Source of the DNA: an uncultured archaeon
GTDB lineage: Archaea; Aenigmatarchaeota; Aenigmatarchaeia; CG10238-14; SCSR01
Reading direction: 5' to 3'
NCBI GenBank assembly: GCA_964512235.1
Contig: CAZEGD010000001.1
Location: 42,874 to 106,873, forward strand
DNA: 64,000 nt
The stretch's first letter is position 1. Every line of letters begins with the position of its first letter. The notes beneath the pieces are model-generated. The model saw nothing but the letters and a program-made list of their open reading frames with translations. It made no database searches and was not told where the DNA came from. Both the position numbers and the translations under genes were made by a program. Of the stretch, positions 26,861 through 36,598 are shown in pieces.

Positions 26861-27430
26861 ATGAAAGTCGTAGGGTTGACTGGAACTTTAGGTGCTGGAA
26901 AAAACATCGTAAAGCAATTCTTGATTAAGAGCTTCAACTGCTAACATGTCACTCTTTCCGGTGTCATCCGAGGGGAGATAGAGAAAAAACGTGGCAACTT
27001 CATCCGTAAGACTATGCAGGACATGGGCAACGAGCTTAGAGAGAAGTATGGTGGGCATATTCTAGCCAAGCTGGCGATTGAATATCTGCCCAGAGACAAA
27101 GAGATGATAGTTATAGATGGGATACGCAATCCAGGAGAGGTGGAGTGGCTGAAAAAGGAGTTTGGCAGTAATTTTGTTCTTATAGCTGTAGATGCCCCGG
27201 CTGAGAAACGACTTAAATTCCTTCTCGAGCGAGGAGAGGAAAGGGACCCGAAGAGTGAAGAGGAGTTCCAAGCAATGGACGCACGCGACCGAGGAGCGGA
27301 CGAGACTCAAACAGGCCAGCAAGTCGACAAATGCATGGCAATAGCAGACCACAAAGTTATCAATGACGGCACTGTAGAAGAGCTTGAGAATAAATTGAGA
27401 GAAATTATGCAAAGGGTAATGTCGTCATAA
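26861..27430 (+). pseudogene. P-loop nucleotide kinase (dephospho-CoA kinase-like family) interrupted by an in-frame TAA
   Basis: ATG 26861 gives MKVVGLTGTLGAGKNIVKQFLIKSFNC, then TAA (26942-26944), then HVTLSGVIRGEIEKKRGNFIRKTMQDMGNELREKYG... The frame continues into track ORF 27014-27430 (27014-26861=153). The Walker A motif lies upstream of the stop. Confidence 0.7.
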
Positions 27431-27437
27431 TTAGAAA

Positions 27438-28220
27438 TCATTTTTCATAAAGTTCCTTTGCTTGATTGTACATATCCTTGTAGATGTTCATAGAGACGGA
27501 AAAGTGATTGTACGTGCCGACATCCACGCCTATTTCATTGGCCATATGTTCTTGCAATTTTACCATCGCGTATGCATTCAATGGCCATGCATTGAATAGG
27601 TCATTGGTTTTCATCACCACAAAGAAATGTAGTTTGCCATCTATAATCTGCGGCTGTATGTAGACTACGCACGGTGACCCGCTCTTCTCTCTCTTTGGCC
27701 CGAACTTTATTGAATCGCGGGAAGGAATCCAGCTCATTAGTACAATGCTACGACGTGTAGGATCGCGCTTCAGTGTGTCAATGGCAATCTGGACTTGGTC
27801 CATGACTTTTACTATGCATTTGCCTTCGCACAGCTTTTGCTTAAGCCCTTCAATTTCATCTTCACTAGTGACATTCGGCCAGTCCGCGCGCACTTCGCAG
27901 TCTGGATAGCACCTGAATCTACCGTGATAAGTATAGTCAAACTTATTCTCCACGTCCTTGTCTGGCACGCCAAATATCACATCGCGCACATAGTCCTTCT
28001 CCTGCCCGGAAACAATGGGTGCTTTAGGATGTAGCATAGGTTCTTTCAAAGGATTGGTAATGATCATAAAGACTGGAGCATCCCTTTGATATGTCAAATA
28101 ATCGGGCGCCTCTATCTTCCTTTCATGCCCATTTTTCATAAGAGCCTCCACTGATTTCTCCCATGCTTCAGCAAGAGTTTCAGCGCGAATGATTATCGGT
28201 TCGTAAGGCACCAGTCTCAC
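27438..28220 (-). CDS. thyA: Thymidylate synthase-like protein (archaeal ThyA type)
   Basis: SGSPCVVYIQPQIIDGKLHFFVVMKTNDLFNAWPLNAYAMVKLQEHMANEIGVDVGTYNHFSVSMNIY aligns by eye with the ThyA core (PC..., RSND..G.P.N, H.Y). Confidence 0.7.
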   Translation of the reverse strand: MRLVPYEPIIIRAETLAEAWEKSVEALMKNGHERKIEAPDYLTYQRDAPVFMIITNPLKEPMLHPKAPIVSGQEKDYVRDVIFGVPDKDVENKFDYTYHGRFRCYPDCEVRADWPNVTSEDEIEGLKQKLCEGKCIVKVMDQVQIAIDTLKRDPTRRSIVLMSWIPSRDSIKFGPKREKSGSPCVVYIQPQIIDGKLHFFVVMKTNDLFNAWPLNAYAMVKLQEHMANEIGVDVGTYNHFSVSMNIYKDMYNQAKELYEK

Positions 28221-28222
28221 CT

Positions 28223-29095
28223 TTAATCTTTCTTCTCTTTTAATTTACTTAAGTCTAGGTTGTTTTCCTGTTCATAAGGCAGATCATACCTAAGGGCAAT
28301 CTCAGCTTTCGCCAATTCCTTCCCCAGATATGCACCATGATAAGGAACTGTGACTAGCTTTCGCCTGGCAGCAGTCCCAGCTATGCTTTCAGCAGTCGTG
28401 CCGACTATGCGGCATTGTAGCTTTGAGTCAGTACCATATCCTATATAATAGTCTGCAACTATCAACTTCTTCGGCCGGTTGATGCTTATGGCAAACCATC
28501 CCTTGTCTTTCCGCTCGTCTGCCGTAAAGCCCTTACTCGGATCGTAGTCTGCATCTATAGTCTCTACATGGCTAATCTCCACTTTTGAGCGAAAGGGCTT
28601 TGGTTTGTTTTTATTGCACTCGTCTATGAAGTGCAATATCTCATCTATATCTTCGCATTCTATCAAATCTATAATCTCAACCTGCCGCCTGAACGTATCT
28701 ATTTCATCTTTTGTCAAGTTCTTCACGAGTGGCATCGGTCCCTTAGCACCGACTATTCTGCCTTCGTGCACGCCATCGGATATTATGGCTTTCAATGACT
28801 GTCCTACGAAATGTCCCTGACTCTCCCTGCCACACAGCAGAAGATAGCGTATGTTTGGGTTGCTGATGACATTCTGCACAATCTTTTCTATGCCTACGTT
28901 CTCAGTCACGATCTTGCCAACGATGGCTACCTTCTCCAAGAACTGCGGGTCATTGAACTGCTCTAGAAGGTCTACACTAGCCAGAGTACATACTGCTACG
29001 GCAGAATTTTTATTGCCCAAGTAGTACCTGCCTGATACAGGCGGCCATTCTTTTAGATTGTTCGACGGCTCTTCATTCTCAGAATTCATTATCAT
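28223..29095 (-). CDS. MtrA-like corrinoid-binding domain fused to an uncharacterised C-terminal domain (no TM anchor)
   Basis: [39 protein letters not shown]...[21 protein letters not shown] closely parallels MtrA ([35 protein letters not shown]...DGRIVGATGAIPYVENL). The C-terminal ~120 aa are unrelated to the MtrA membrane anchor. Confidence 0.8.
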   Translation of the reverse strand: [290 protein letters not shown]

Positions 29096-29148
29096 TATAT
29101 TGGATTTTACTTTAAAATATCTTCAGAAATGAAACTTTTATAATTATT

Positions 29149-30369
29149 TCAGCCACCAATTAGCCACTTGAGCATGCTCTTCTTTTCCTTCTTCTTTCTC
29201 GCTTTCACTATGCGCTGGATTTCTTTCGCTGCTTTCTCTGCATCTTTCACATCAGCCGCGCTGTTACCTATGCCCGAGCAGTTGCCTACGCCCACTACGA
29301 GTATGCTTCCTTTTTCCTTCGTGCTTGCGATGTTATCCTCCACGCGTTGGACTACATTCTTTGTTGCTGTGATAATCGATTCTAGCATCGGCTGTATTGC
29401 CTCTTCTTGGCTCATCTTTATTGCATAAGCGTCCAGCGGTATCTTCTTCTTCACAGCTATGTTTTCTATGACAAAACTATCCACGCCTATGCCACCTATT
29501 GCCACGCCCACAGCATCTGCTATGCTCCCCGTCTTCTCGCCCTCGAGCTTGGCTGCAGCATCAACTGTTATTATCTTTGCTATCTTATTCTTTTTCACTA
29601 TATCCACGACTGTATTGCCTAGGTCGCCAATTCTGCCACCAGGTCCCTTTGCACGCATTATGATGGCATTCCTGCCGCGAATCTTCTTTTTCACAACAAT
29701 TATCTCCTCTTCCTTATAGCTCTTTGAAATCTTAGAACCCCCTATCATCAAGCTAGCCACCATCGGTCCTGCACCATCCCCTACAGACCATCCATTTGTG
29801 AGTGCTTCCGTCCCATCTACAACAGCTTTGGCAATCCTCTCAATCAAAGGCAGCTGCATTTGCAGAACCATAGCTAGCTGCAAGTTCTTTGTTTTTCTTA
29901 TGAGTTCTACCCAATGCCGCACAATCTTGGCAATCTGGTTCATTGTTATCGCCCCAGACAGGCCGCCGACTAAGTTTGCTTTCTCCTCCTCTCCCATCTT
30001 AGGTGCGACTCCATTCACAAAATACTTGAACCGATTTCTATAGAGCTTGATTATGTGATCTAGTTTAGGGACTACGCCGTAAGGGTCCAAGTTATTTGGC
30101 ATAATCGGGACTGTCTCTAAGAAGTTTGACACAGAAGTACGCAGCTTCAAATCAGGCCGCTTGGATATCTTCTTCATCACAGTACTCTTGGTCTTCTTGG
30201 ACATATTCTCCATTCTAACGGCACTCTGCTCCAGCTTCCAAAGCATCTGAGTAATCATCAGCTTAGGGTAGAAGAGCATGAATACCATAAAGATTACTAG
30301 CCAGATTATGTTGTCTAATATGCCGCCAGTCTGTGCAAGGCGTACGGGGGGTGATATCATATTGACCAT
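29149..30369 (-). CDS. Conserved archaeal membrane-anchored protein (DUF1512-like)
   Basis: N-terminal TM followed by KLEQSAVRMENMSKK and a long soluble domain. The family was assigned from memory only. Confidence 0.45.
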   Translation of the reverse strand: MVNMISPPVRLAQTGGILDNIIWLVIFMVFMLFYPKLMITQMLWKLEQSAVRMENMSKKTKSTVMKKISKRPDLKLRTSVSNFLETVPIMPNNLDPYGVVPKLDHIIKLYRNRFKYFVNGVAPKMGEEEKANLVGGLSGAITMNQIAKIVRHWVELIRKTKNLQLAMVLQMQLPLIERIAKAVVDGTEALTNGWSVGDGAGPMVASLMIGGSKISKSYKEEEIIVVKKKIRGRNAIIMRAKGPGGRIGDLGNTVVDIVKKNKIAKIITVDAAAKLEGEKTGSIADAVGVAIGGIGVDSFVIENIAVKKKIPLDAYAIKMSQEEAIQPMLESIITATKNVVQRVEDNIASTKEKGSILVVGVGNCSGIGNSAADVKDAEKAAKEIQRIVKARKKKEKKSMLKWLIGG

Positions 30370-30522
30370 CCGATTCTTCTATATCCTCTTGAACACTTAT
30401 TTTTAAAGCTTTATTCGATTAATATATCTTTAGAATCTAATAAGTGTTTAGCACGTAATAATATATATAATATACTTGCTAACCAAGATTTAGAGGTATT
30501 AACTGGAGTTAAAGACCTTGAA

Positions 30523-31212
30523 GTGATGCAAATGAATTGGAAACCTTTGCTGGCCGTTTTCATTATTGTAGGCATAATAGGAATTCTAATGCTTACTAAT
30601 GTTGGAAGGGAGTATACGCAATTCTTAGGTACGAAAGTCGGCAATTTCCTTGCAACGATGTTGAATATGGACTTCTTCCAAAGTGGGGACAGTTTCAGGA
30701 TTCTCCTTGAAACAGACAAAGTTGCCTTCTATGGCCAAAGATATACTTTATCCAATTCGAGCCTGCGTGTTTCCGGCATATGCCAGAGCTCAGTCACTGT
30801 GGGAAAGACAATAATGCAGATGGCTGGGAAAAGATGTAGCGTTCAAGTCTACAACACGCAAGGCAAATTCGACTACACTGTAGGTGGCAGTGTAAAACTT
30901 ACAGGTACGGCAGACATGTTGACAGTGAATGAATATCCATTCCTATCGACTGGTACGCCATTTGAAGTGGGCTTTGAAGTGATTCCTATGGAGGATTTCA
31001 ATCTTATGGGAATTTTACAAGGCAAGATAGAACTTACTTCAGTGAGCGGAAGCATAAAGGGTTGGAAAGGTGAAACCACTCTGAACATTGACAATCTAGC
31101 GAATGACGAACTCACAATATCCAACTTCAACGGCGATATAAAGATGGATGGGAACTTTATTCTACTTGTAGGTCTGGCTACTTCTGTGAAAGGTGAAGAC
31201 TTCAGTTGGTAA
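30523..31212 (+). CDS. Membrane-anchored hypothetical protein (229 aa)
   Basis: N-terminal TM (LLAVFIIVGIIGILML) followed by a beta-rich sequence. Confidence 0.45.
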   Translation: MMQMNWKPLLAVFIIVGIIGILMLTNVGREYTQFLGTKVGNFLATMLNMDFFQSGDSFRILLETDKVAFYGQRYTLSNSSLRVSGICQSSVTVGKTIMQMAGKRCSVQVYNTQGKFDYTVGGSVKLTGTADMLTVNEYPFLSTGTPFEVGFEVIPMEDFNLMGILQGKIELTSVSGSIKGWKGETTLNIDNLANDELTISNFNGDIKMDGNFILLVGLATSVKGEDFSW

Positions 31213-31253
31213 CTCGATTTGGAAATTTAAAGTAGACTGAAGGAGTTGATACC

Positions 31254-31730
31254 ATGAATATGTATAGGCAGAGAAAGGATACTGCTAGAAGGCTCAGACC
31301 TAATAAAAGGATAGCCCTTTTTGTTGACGGGCCGAATATGCTCAGAAAGGAATTTATGATTGATCTGAGAGATTTGAAGAAGAGGGTGAAACGGCATGGC
31401 CGCGTAGTCATATCACGCGTTTACCTAAACCAATTCGCACCCGAAAAGCTGATAGAGGCTATAATCAACGAAGGCTTTGAAACTATAATAGTGCTTGCCG
31501 AACAGGAAGCTGAAAAGAATGATGTGGATGTGGCGATGGCTGTGGCTGCGGTAGAGGCAGCGATGGCAAAACCCGACATAGACATAGTCGCCATAGCGAC
31601 TAGGGATGCAGATTACCTGCCAGTGGTGCAGAAGATCAAGGAATACGGAAAGGAAGCAATAGTCGTTGGTGCGGAGCCAGGTTTCAGCAGTAGTTTGCAG
31701 AATGCAGCAGATTATGTGGAATGTTTGTAA
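31254..31730 (+). CDS. NYN/LabA-like (DUF88) domain protein
   Basis: IALFVDGPNMLRKEF, DVDVAMAVAAVE and IATRDADYLPVV. Confidence 0.7.
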   Translation: MNMYRQRKDTARRLRPNKRIALFVDGPNMLRKEFMIDLRDLKKRVKRHGRVVISRVYLNQFAPEKLIEAIINEGFETIIVLAEQEAEKNDVDVAMAVAAVEAAMAKPDIDIVAIATRDADYLPVVQKIKEYGKEAIVVGAEPGFSSSLQNAADYVECL

Positions 31731-31818
31731 GAACCCAGGCAGTTGCAGAACTCGTAGATTTATTTAAATCTATGAATTACCAAATTAATTACAAGTCCAA
31801 TTAATACAAAGTGGTTGA

Positions 31819-32145
31819 ATGGGTATAGGGGATATTTTCAAAAGAGTTGTACCAGAGGACGAATCTATAGAGTTGCCTATAGAGCAAGAAGAACCAACGG
31901 AAAAGATAATGGTAAGAGTAGAAAATCTGACTGGAATGATAGATGTAGAGCACATTGAGCGGCTGCTAAGGGAAGGCAACATACTATTGCTTAAAGTGAA
32001 AGAGTTGCAGACAAAGGACCTTGGTGAATTCAAGAATGCAGTGAGCAAACTCAAGCGACGCTGCATGCAGTATGGGTGGGACTTAGTTGCAATTTCAGAC
32101 GGTTATATCCTGATGGCTCCGAAATTTGCGAAGATTGTGAGATAG
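31819..32145 (+). CDS. sepF: SepF-like cell-division protein
   Basis: Short acidic N-terminus. Core IMVRVENLTGMIDVEHIERLLREGNILLLKVKEL...ISDGYILMAP follows the DUF552/SepF pattern. Confidence 0.55.
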   Translation: MGIGDIFKRVVPEDESIELPIEQEEPTEKIMVRVENLTGMIDVEHIERLLREGNILLLKVKELQTKDLGEFKNAVSKLKRRCMQYGWDLVAISDGYILMAPKFAKIVR

Positions 32146-32231
32146 CGATTTCTAAAAAGTTAGATTCAACTCAGCTACTATTTCCATAGGTTAAAATTTT
32201 AACTACGGTAAATACAATTTAATTAGATTGG

Positions 32232-34523
32232 ATGCCTTACAAATTTATAAAATGGTTCGACGAGCTGACAAAGAATGACGTACCTATAGTCGGTGGCAAG
32301 ACTGCGAACCTTGGAGAGATGATAAACAAGACTAAAGTGCCAGTACCGGCAGGGTTTGCAATCACTGCTAAAGCTTACCGCTTCCATATTCTATGCAACA
32401 ACCTTCAGACAAAGATGGAGAAAGCCCTCGAAGGATTGGATACGCATGACGTAAAAAATCTGGCTGAACGCGGACAGAAAATACGTAGACTCATAAGTGA
32501 TGCAGAATTGCCATTGCAATTGAAGAAAGAGATTATCAAAGCGTATGAAGAATTGGCGGAAAAACTGAAGGCCAAGAAACTCTATGTTGCAGTGCGTAGC
32601 TCGGCTACGGCAGAAGACCTGCCGGGTGCGAGCTTTGCTGGACAGCAGGAGACCTATCTGAATGTCACAGGCAAGGAATTGTTGCTTAAGCGCGTGAAGG
32701 ACTGCTTTGCCTCGCTATTTACAAATCGGGCAATAAGCTACCGTGAAGACAAAAGTTTTGACCATTTCAAAGTCGCTCTCAGCGTGGCTGTGCAGAAGAT
32801 GGTGAACAGCAAGTGCGCGGGCGTTGCATTCACAATCGACCCTGATAGCGGACATGAAAATTTTATCATGCTCAATGGCAGTTGGGGACTGGGTGAATAT
32901 ACAGTTCAAGGAAAGGTCAACCCGGACACATTTCTCGTTTTCAAACCGACTCTTGCAGTGATTGAGAAGAACCTGGGAGATAAAAAGCTGAAACTTGTGA
33001 GGGGAGACAAGGAGAATAAAGAAGAAAAAGTACCGGACTCAGATAGGAAAAGATTCGTGCTGAGCGATTATGAGATAAAAGGATTGGCAGAATACTGCAT
33101 GGCTATTGAAGACCACTATAAAATGCCCATGGACATAGAATGGGGCAAGGATGATGATGGCAAGATGTACATACTGCAGGCGAGGCCGGAGACTGTGCAT
33201 GCGATAAAGAAGAATATAATCGAAGTCTATGAACTGACAAGCCGTGGTAGTGTCTTGGTAAGGGGAGGAGCTGTCGGCCGCAAGATTGGTCAAGGTGTTG
33301 TAAACGTCATAGAGGATGCAGGCGATATTAGCAAATTCAAACCGAAACAAGTACTTGTGACTGACATGACCGATCCCGACTGGGAACCGATAATGAAGGT
33401 TGCTTCGGCAATTGTCACCAACCGCGGCGGTCGCACCTGCCATGCGGCAATCGTCTCACGGGAGCTTGGTATACCTTGCATAATCGGCACGCAGAATGCC
33501 ACTAAAGTCTTGAAAAACGGCCAAGAGGTAACAGTCGTATGCGCAGAAGGCGAAGGCAAGGTCTATGAAGGCTTGCTAAAATTCAAGAGAAGGGAGGTAG
33601 ACATAAAAGAGGTGCCAAAGACTAAGACTAAGATTTATGTAAACCTAGGCATACCCGACCAGGCTCTGAGTGTGGGGAGACTGCCCGTGGACGGTGTTGG
33701 TCTGGCCCGGCTGGAGTTCATAATCAATTCCTACATCGGCGTCCATCCGCTCCACATGATAAAAAACCGCAAGTCTCAGTTGTTCATAGACAAACTTGCT
33801 ACAGGTATAGCAAAGATCGCTGCCTCTTTCTATCCGCGGCCGGTGATTGTGAGGCTGAGCGATTTCAAGAGCAACGAATATGCCAATCTGGAAGGCGGTG
33901 AGAAGTACGAACCTCAAGAGAGCAATCCAATGCTTGGATGGAGGGGTGCGAGCCGCTACTACGATCCTAAATTTCTGCCCGCATTCAAACTAGAGTGCAA
34001 GGCATTAAAGAAAGTGAGGGATGAATACGGGTTGACAAACGTGAAAGCAATGGTGCCTTTTTGCAGGACACCTGAAGAAGGCAGGCGAGTGATTTCAATA
34101 ATGGAAGATGAGGGATTGAAGCGAGGCAAGAATGGCTTTGAAGTTTGGTGCATGGCCGAGATACCGAGCAATGTCATACTTGCGGACGAGTTCAGTAGAG
34201 TCTTTGACGGCTTCAGCATAGGCAGCAACGACCTTACACAGCTTACGCTTGGCTTAGACCGCGACAGTGAACAAGTTGCACACTTGTTTGACGAGCGTGA
34301 TGAAGCTGTAAAACAGATGGTGAGTCAGCTCATAAAGACTGCGCACAAGCATGGCAAACCTGTGAGCATTTGCGGGCAAGGCCCTAGCGATTTCCCAGAA
34401 TTTGCAGAATTTCTGGTGCAAGAAGGTATAGACAGCATTAGCCTGAATCCGGATGTTGCATTGCGGACTAAAATAGATGTAATTGCACCTGCTGAGAAAA
34501 AATTGGAAAAACGACCAATATAA
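32232..34523 (+). CDS. ppsA: Phosphoenolpyruvate synthase (pyruvate, water dikinase)
   Basis: GGKTANLGEM. Phosphohistidine segment TNRGGRTCHAAIVSRELGIPCIIG. C-terminal PEP-utilising domain GFSIGSNDLTQL. Confidence 0.93.
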   Translation: MPYKFIKWFDELTKNDVPIVGGKTANLGEMINKTKVPVPAGFAITAKAYRFHILCNNLQTKMEKALEGLDTHDVKNLAERGQKIRRLISDAELPLQLKKEIIKAYEELAEKLKAKKLYVAVRSSATAEDLPGASFAGQQETYLNVTGKELLLKRVKDCFASLFTNRAISYREDKSFDHFKVALSVAVQKMVNSKCAGVAFTIDPDSGHENFIMLNGSWGLGEYTVQGKVNPDTFLVFKPTLAVIEKNLGDKKLKLVRGDKENKEEKVPDSDRKRFVLSDYEIKGLAEYCMAIEDHYKMPMDIEWGKDDDGKMYILQARPETVHAIKKNIIEVYELTSRGSVLVRGGAVGRKIGQGVVNVIEDAGDISKFKPKQVLVTDMTDPDWEPIMKVASAIVTNRGGRTCHAAIVSRELGIPCIIGTQNATKVLKNGQEVTVVCAEGEGKVYEGLLKFKRREVDIKEVPKTKTKIYVNLGIPDQALSVGRLPVDGVGLARLEFIINSYIGVHPLHMIKNRKSQLFIDKLATGIAKIAASFYPRPVIVRLSDFKSNEYANLEGGEKYEPQESNPMLGWRGASRYYDPKFLPAFKLECKALKKVRDEYGLTNVKAMVPFCRTPEEGRRVISIMEDEGLKRGKNGFEVWCMAEIPSNVILADEFSRVFDGFSIGSNDLTQLTLGLDRDSEQVAHLFDERDEAVKQMVSQLIKTAHKHGKPVSICGQGPSDFPEFAEFLVQEGIDSISLNPDVALRTKIDVIAPAEKKLEKRPI

Positions 34524-34576
34524 AAATGTTAATTGCTATTCCTTTCATATGAGAAGAATCCTATCTCGATGGTGTA

Positions 34577-35008
34577 GTGATTCAATTGCCTGAAAGACGA
34601 GAAGTCCTTTGTAAGAAATTAGAATTAATTAAAGGTATTGTTGGAGAAGTCAATGGAACCCCTAGTCTAGAGTTAGGATTAGCAGACGGTGCACTTTCCA
34701 TAACCGAATACGTTGATGGGAGGAGACCTCTAAAGAGGAGATATGAAGTCAATGCGAGAGGGGATTATAAGATTGCGTACATACTCTTATCGATGCTCTA
34801 TGAGGTACTGAAAAATAAAGAATTTGATAGATGGGATATTAAAGATTCGATAGAAATTGGGCTTTTAAGAGAGTCTAATATCTATACAGATGGCGGTCAT
34901 ATAAATCAAGTTATTAGATCTTCTATTGAACAGTTTAAGATTTTTGAAGAGGATACAAAAATCAGAGCAACTTATGACCTCATGAATAAAGTATTGGTTA
35001 AATTTTAA
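34577..35008 (+). CDS. Hypothetical protein (143 aa)
   Basis: ORF only. Confidence 0.35.
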   Translation: MIQLPERREVLCKKLELIKGIVGEVNGTPSLELGLADGALSITEYVDGRRPLKRRYEVNARGDYKIAYILLSMLYEVLKNKEFDRWDIKDSIEIGLLRESNIYTDGGHINQVIRSSIEQFKIFEEDTKIRATYDLMNKVLVKF

Positions 35009-35056
35009 CCGTATTCCTGGAATCTAAAACTTATTTTCTAAAACCAAGTTATATTT

Positions 35057-35827
35057 ATGAAATTCAATAAGTTTTCCACTTTCATCTTTGACTTGGACGG
35101 TACAATGTGGAGATGGAATAAGCTAATACCAGGCGCTAAAGAGACTATTGAACAACTGCAGAAGCAAAAGAAGCAAGTCCTATTCATAACAAACAGTACT
35201 ATAGTCTCCCGGTACAAACTCGTAAAGAAGCTTTGGAAATTTGGCATTGACATAAGACATAATCAGCTTCTGAACTCGGGGCTTGTCGCTGCAAAATATT
35301 TTAAAAAGAGGGTGAAGAGAGGAGAGTGTGTCTTTGCAGTTGGTAAAGGATTGAGGGATGACTTAAAGGCTGGAAAAGTGAGGACTACAAGCAGAGTAAC
35401 GGCCGATTATGTAGTCGTTGGGCATGATTTGAAGTTTGATTTTATGAAACTTTTTACGGCAATAGAAGCCCTGCGCCGTGGTGCTAAGCTCTATACGACT
35501 GCGCGAGGCAGATATTTTGTCGCAGGCAATGACTTGTGGCCCGGTACTGGAGTGATGACAAAGGCTATAGAATACGGGAGTGGTAAAGAGGCAAAGCTTT
35601 TGGGCAAACCATCGATTTTTATGACTAGAGCTATTAAGTCCATGAATAAATCCAGACCAAGTAGGACTGTGCTCATCGGCGATAGTATTGGGACGGATAT
35701 AGCAGTCGGTAAAGAGTTGGGCTATTACACCGTCCTCGTGAAGACGGGTGTGAACAGGAGTACAAAAGTAAAGAGAAGGATGAGGCCGGATTTGGTGTTG
35801 AAGTCTGTTGCGGATATAAAAACGTAA
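35057..35827 (+). CDS. HAD-superfamily hydrolase, subfamily IIA (NagD-like)
   Basis: FIFDLDGTMW, FITNST and LIGDSIGTDI. Confidence 0.8.
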   Translation: MKFNKFSTFIFDLDGTMWRWNKLIPGAKETIEQLQKQKKQVLFITNSTIVSRYKLVKKLWKFGIDIRHNQLLNSGLVAAKYFKKRVKRGECVFAVGKGLRDDLKAGKVRTTSRVTADYVVVGHDLKFDFMKLFTAIEALRRGAKLYTTARGRYFVAGNDLWPGTGVMTKAIEYGSGKEAKLLGKPSIFMTRAIKSMNKSRPSRTVLIGDSIGTDIAVGKELGYYTVLVKTGVNRSTKVKRRMRPDLVLKSVADIKT

Positions 35828-35836
35828 ACTCGGTTT

Positions 35837-36511
35837 TTACAATTTAAGACTATCCATGATCATGCACAAAGAATCTGGGTCATGTTTTCTGAATGGTCTT
35901 TTCATTCCCCACCTTTCAGAGTATATTTTCCTAAAACTTCTGATATTATTTGGATTAAAATCTCTATAGTCCCTAGTTGCGAGGTTGAGACCAAGCACGT
36001 AAGCCGCTACTGCAACCGAGAAGTCACCATTGGAATTGAAAAGTCTGGAAATATTATCGTATTTTTTGCGAAAACTGTTGGCATCAAAGTCTATGTAGTA
36101 TAAATATTCCATTATATCGCCCATCCAATTTTTAGGGATATCGTACGTTGACCTAAAATTCCTCAAATCCCAAAGTTCAAGTTCAACTTGTCTAGTCATG
36201 GCCATATATAGCCCCCGCTTGGATAGACTGCCATCTTCAATTGCGTTAACTACGCGTATGCATTTTCTAAGTTCTCGCTCGCTCAACTTTCTTAGTATAT
36301 GTTTATCATCGCTTTCTCTCAACGGATTCAGTTTTTCCGAATATTTCCTTAAGGAATTTACATTCCTTTTATTTCTGGACAGTATCTCTGGAAAAAGCAC
36401 GCATGCATCGACAACTGTAATTTCTCTCGAGAATATCGGCCTAATGTCCCCTGTAGTAAAAATCTGGAGCCCGTGAAGATCATTGTACAGCTCAATTGAG
36501 TTCATTATCAC
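35837..36511 (-). CDS. Hypothetical protein (224 aa)
   Basis: ORF only. Confidence 0.4.
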   Translation of the reverse strand: MIMNSIELYNDLHGLQIFTTGDIRPIFSREITVVDACVLFPEILSRNKRNVNSLRKYSEKLNPLRESDDKHILRKLSERELRKCIRVVNAIEDGSLSKRGLYMAMTRQVELELWDLRNFRSTYDIPKNWMGDIMEYLYYIDFDANSFRKKYDNISRLFNSNGDFSVAVAAYVLGLNLATRDYRDFNPNNIRSFRKIYSERWGMKRPFRKHDPDSLCMIMDSLKL

Positions 36512-36598
36512 ACAACCCGAATAGATAGACTATCAATAAACAAAAAGGACTGTTAGATTTAAATACACTTATTCCAAACTTCTAAATTATCTATTAGG

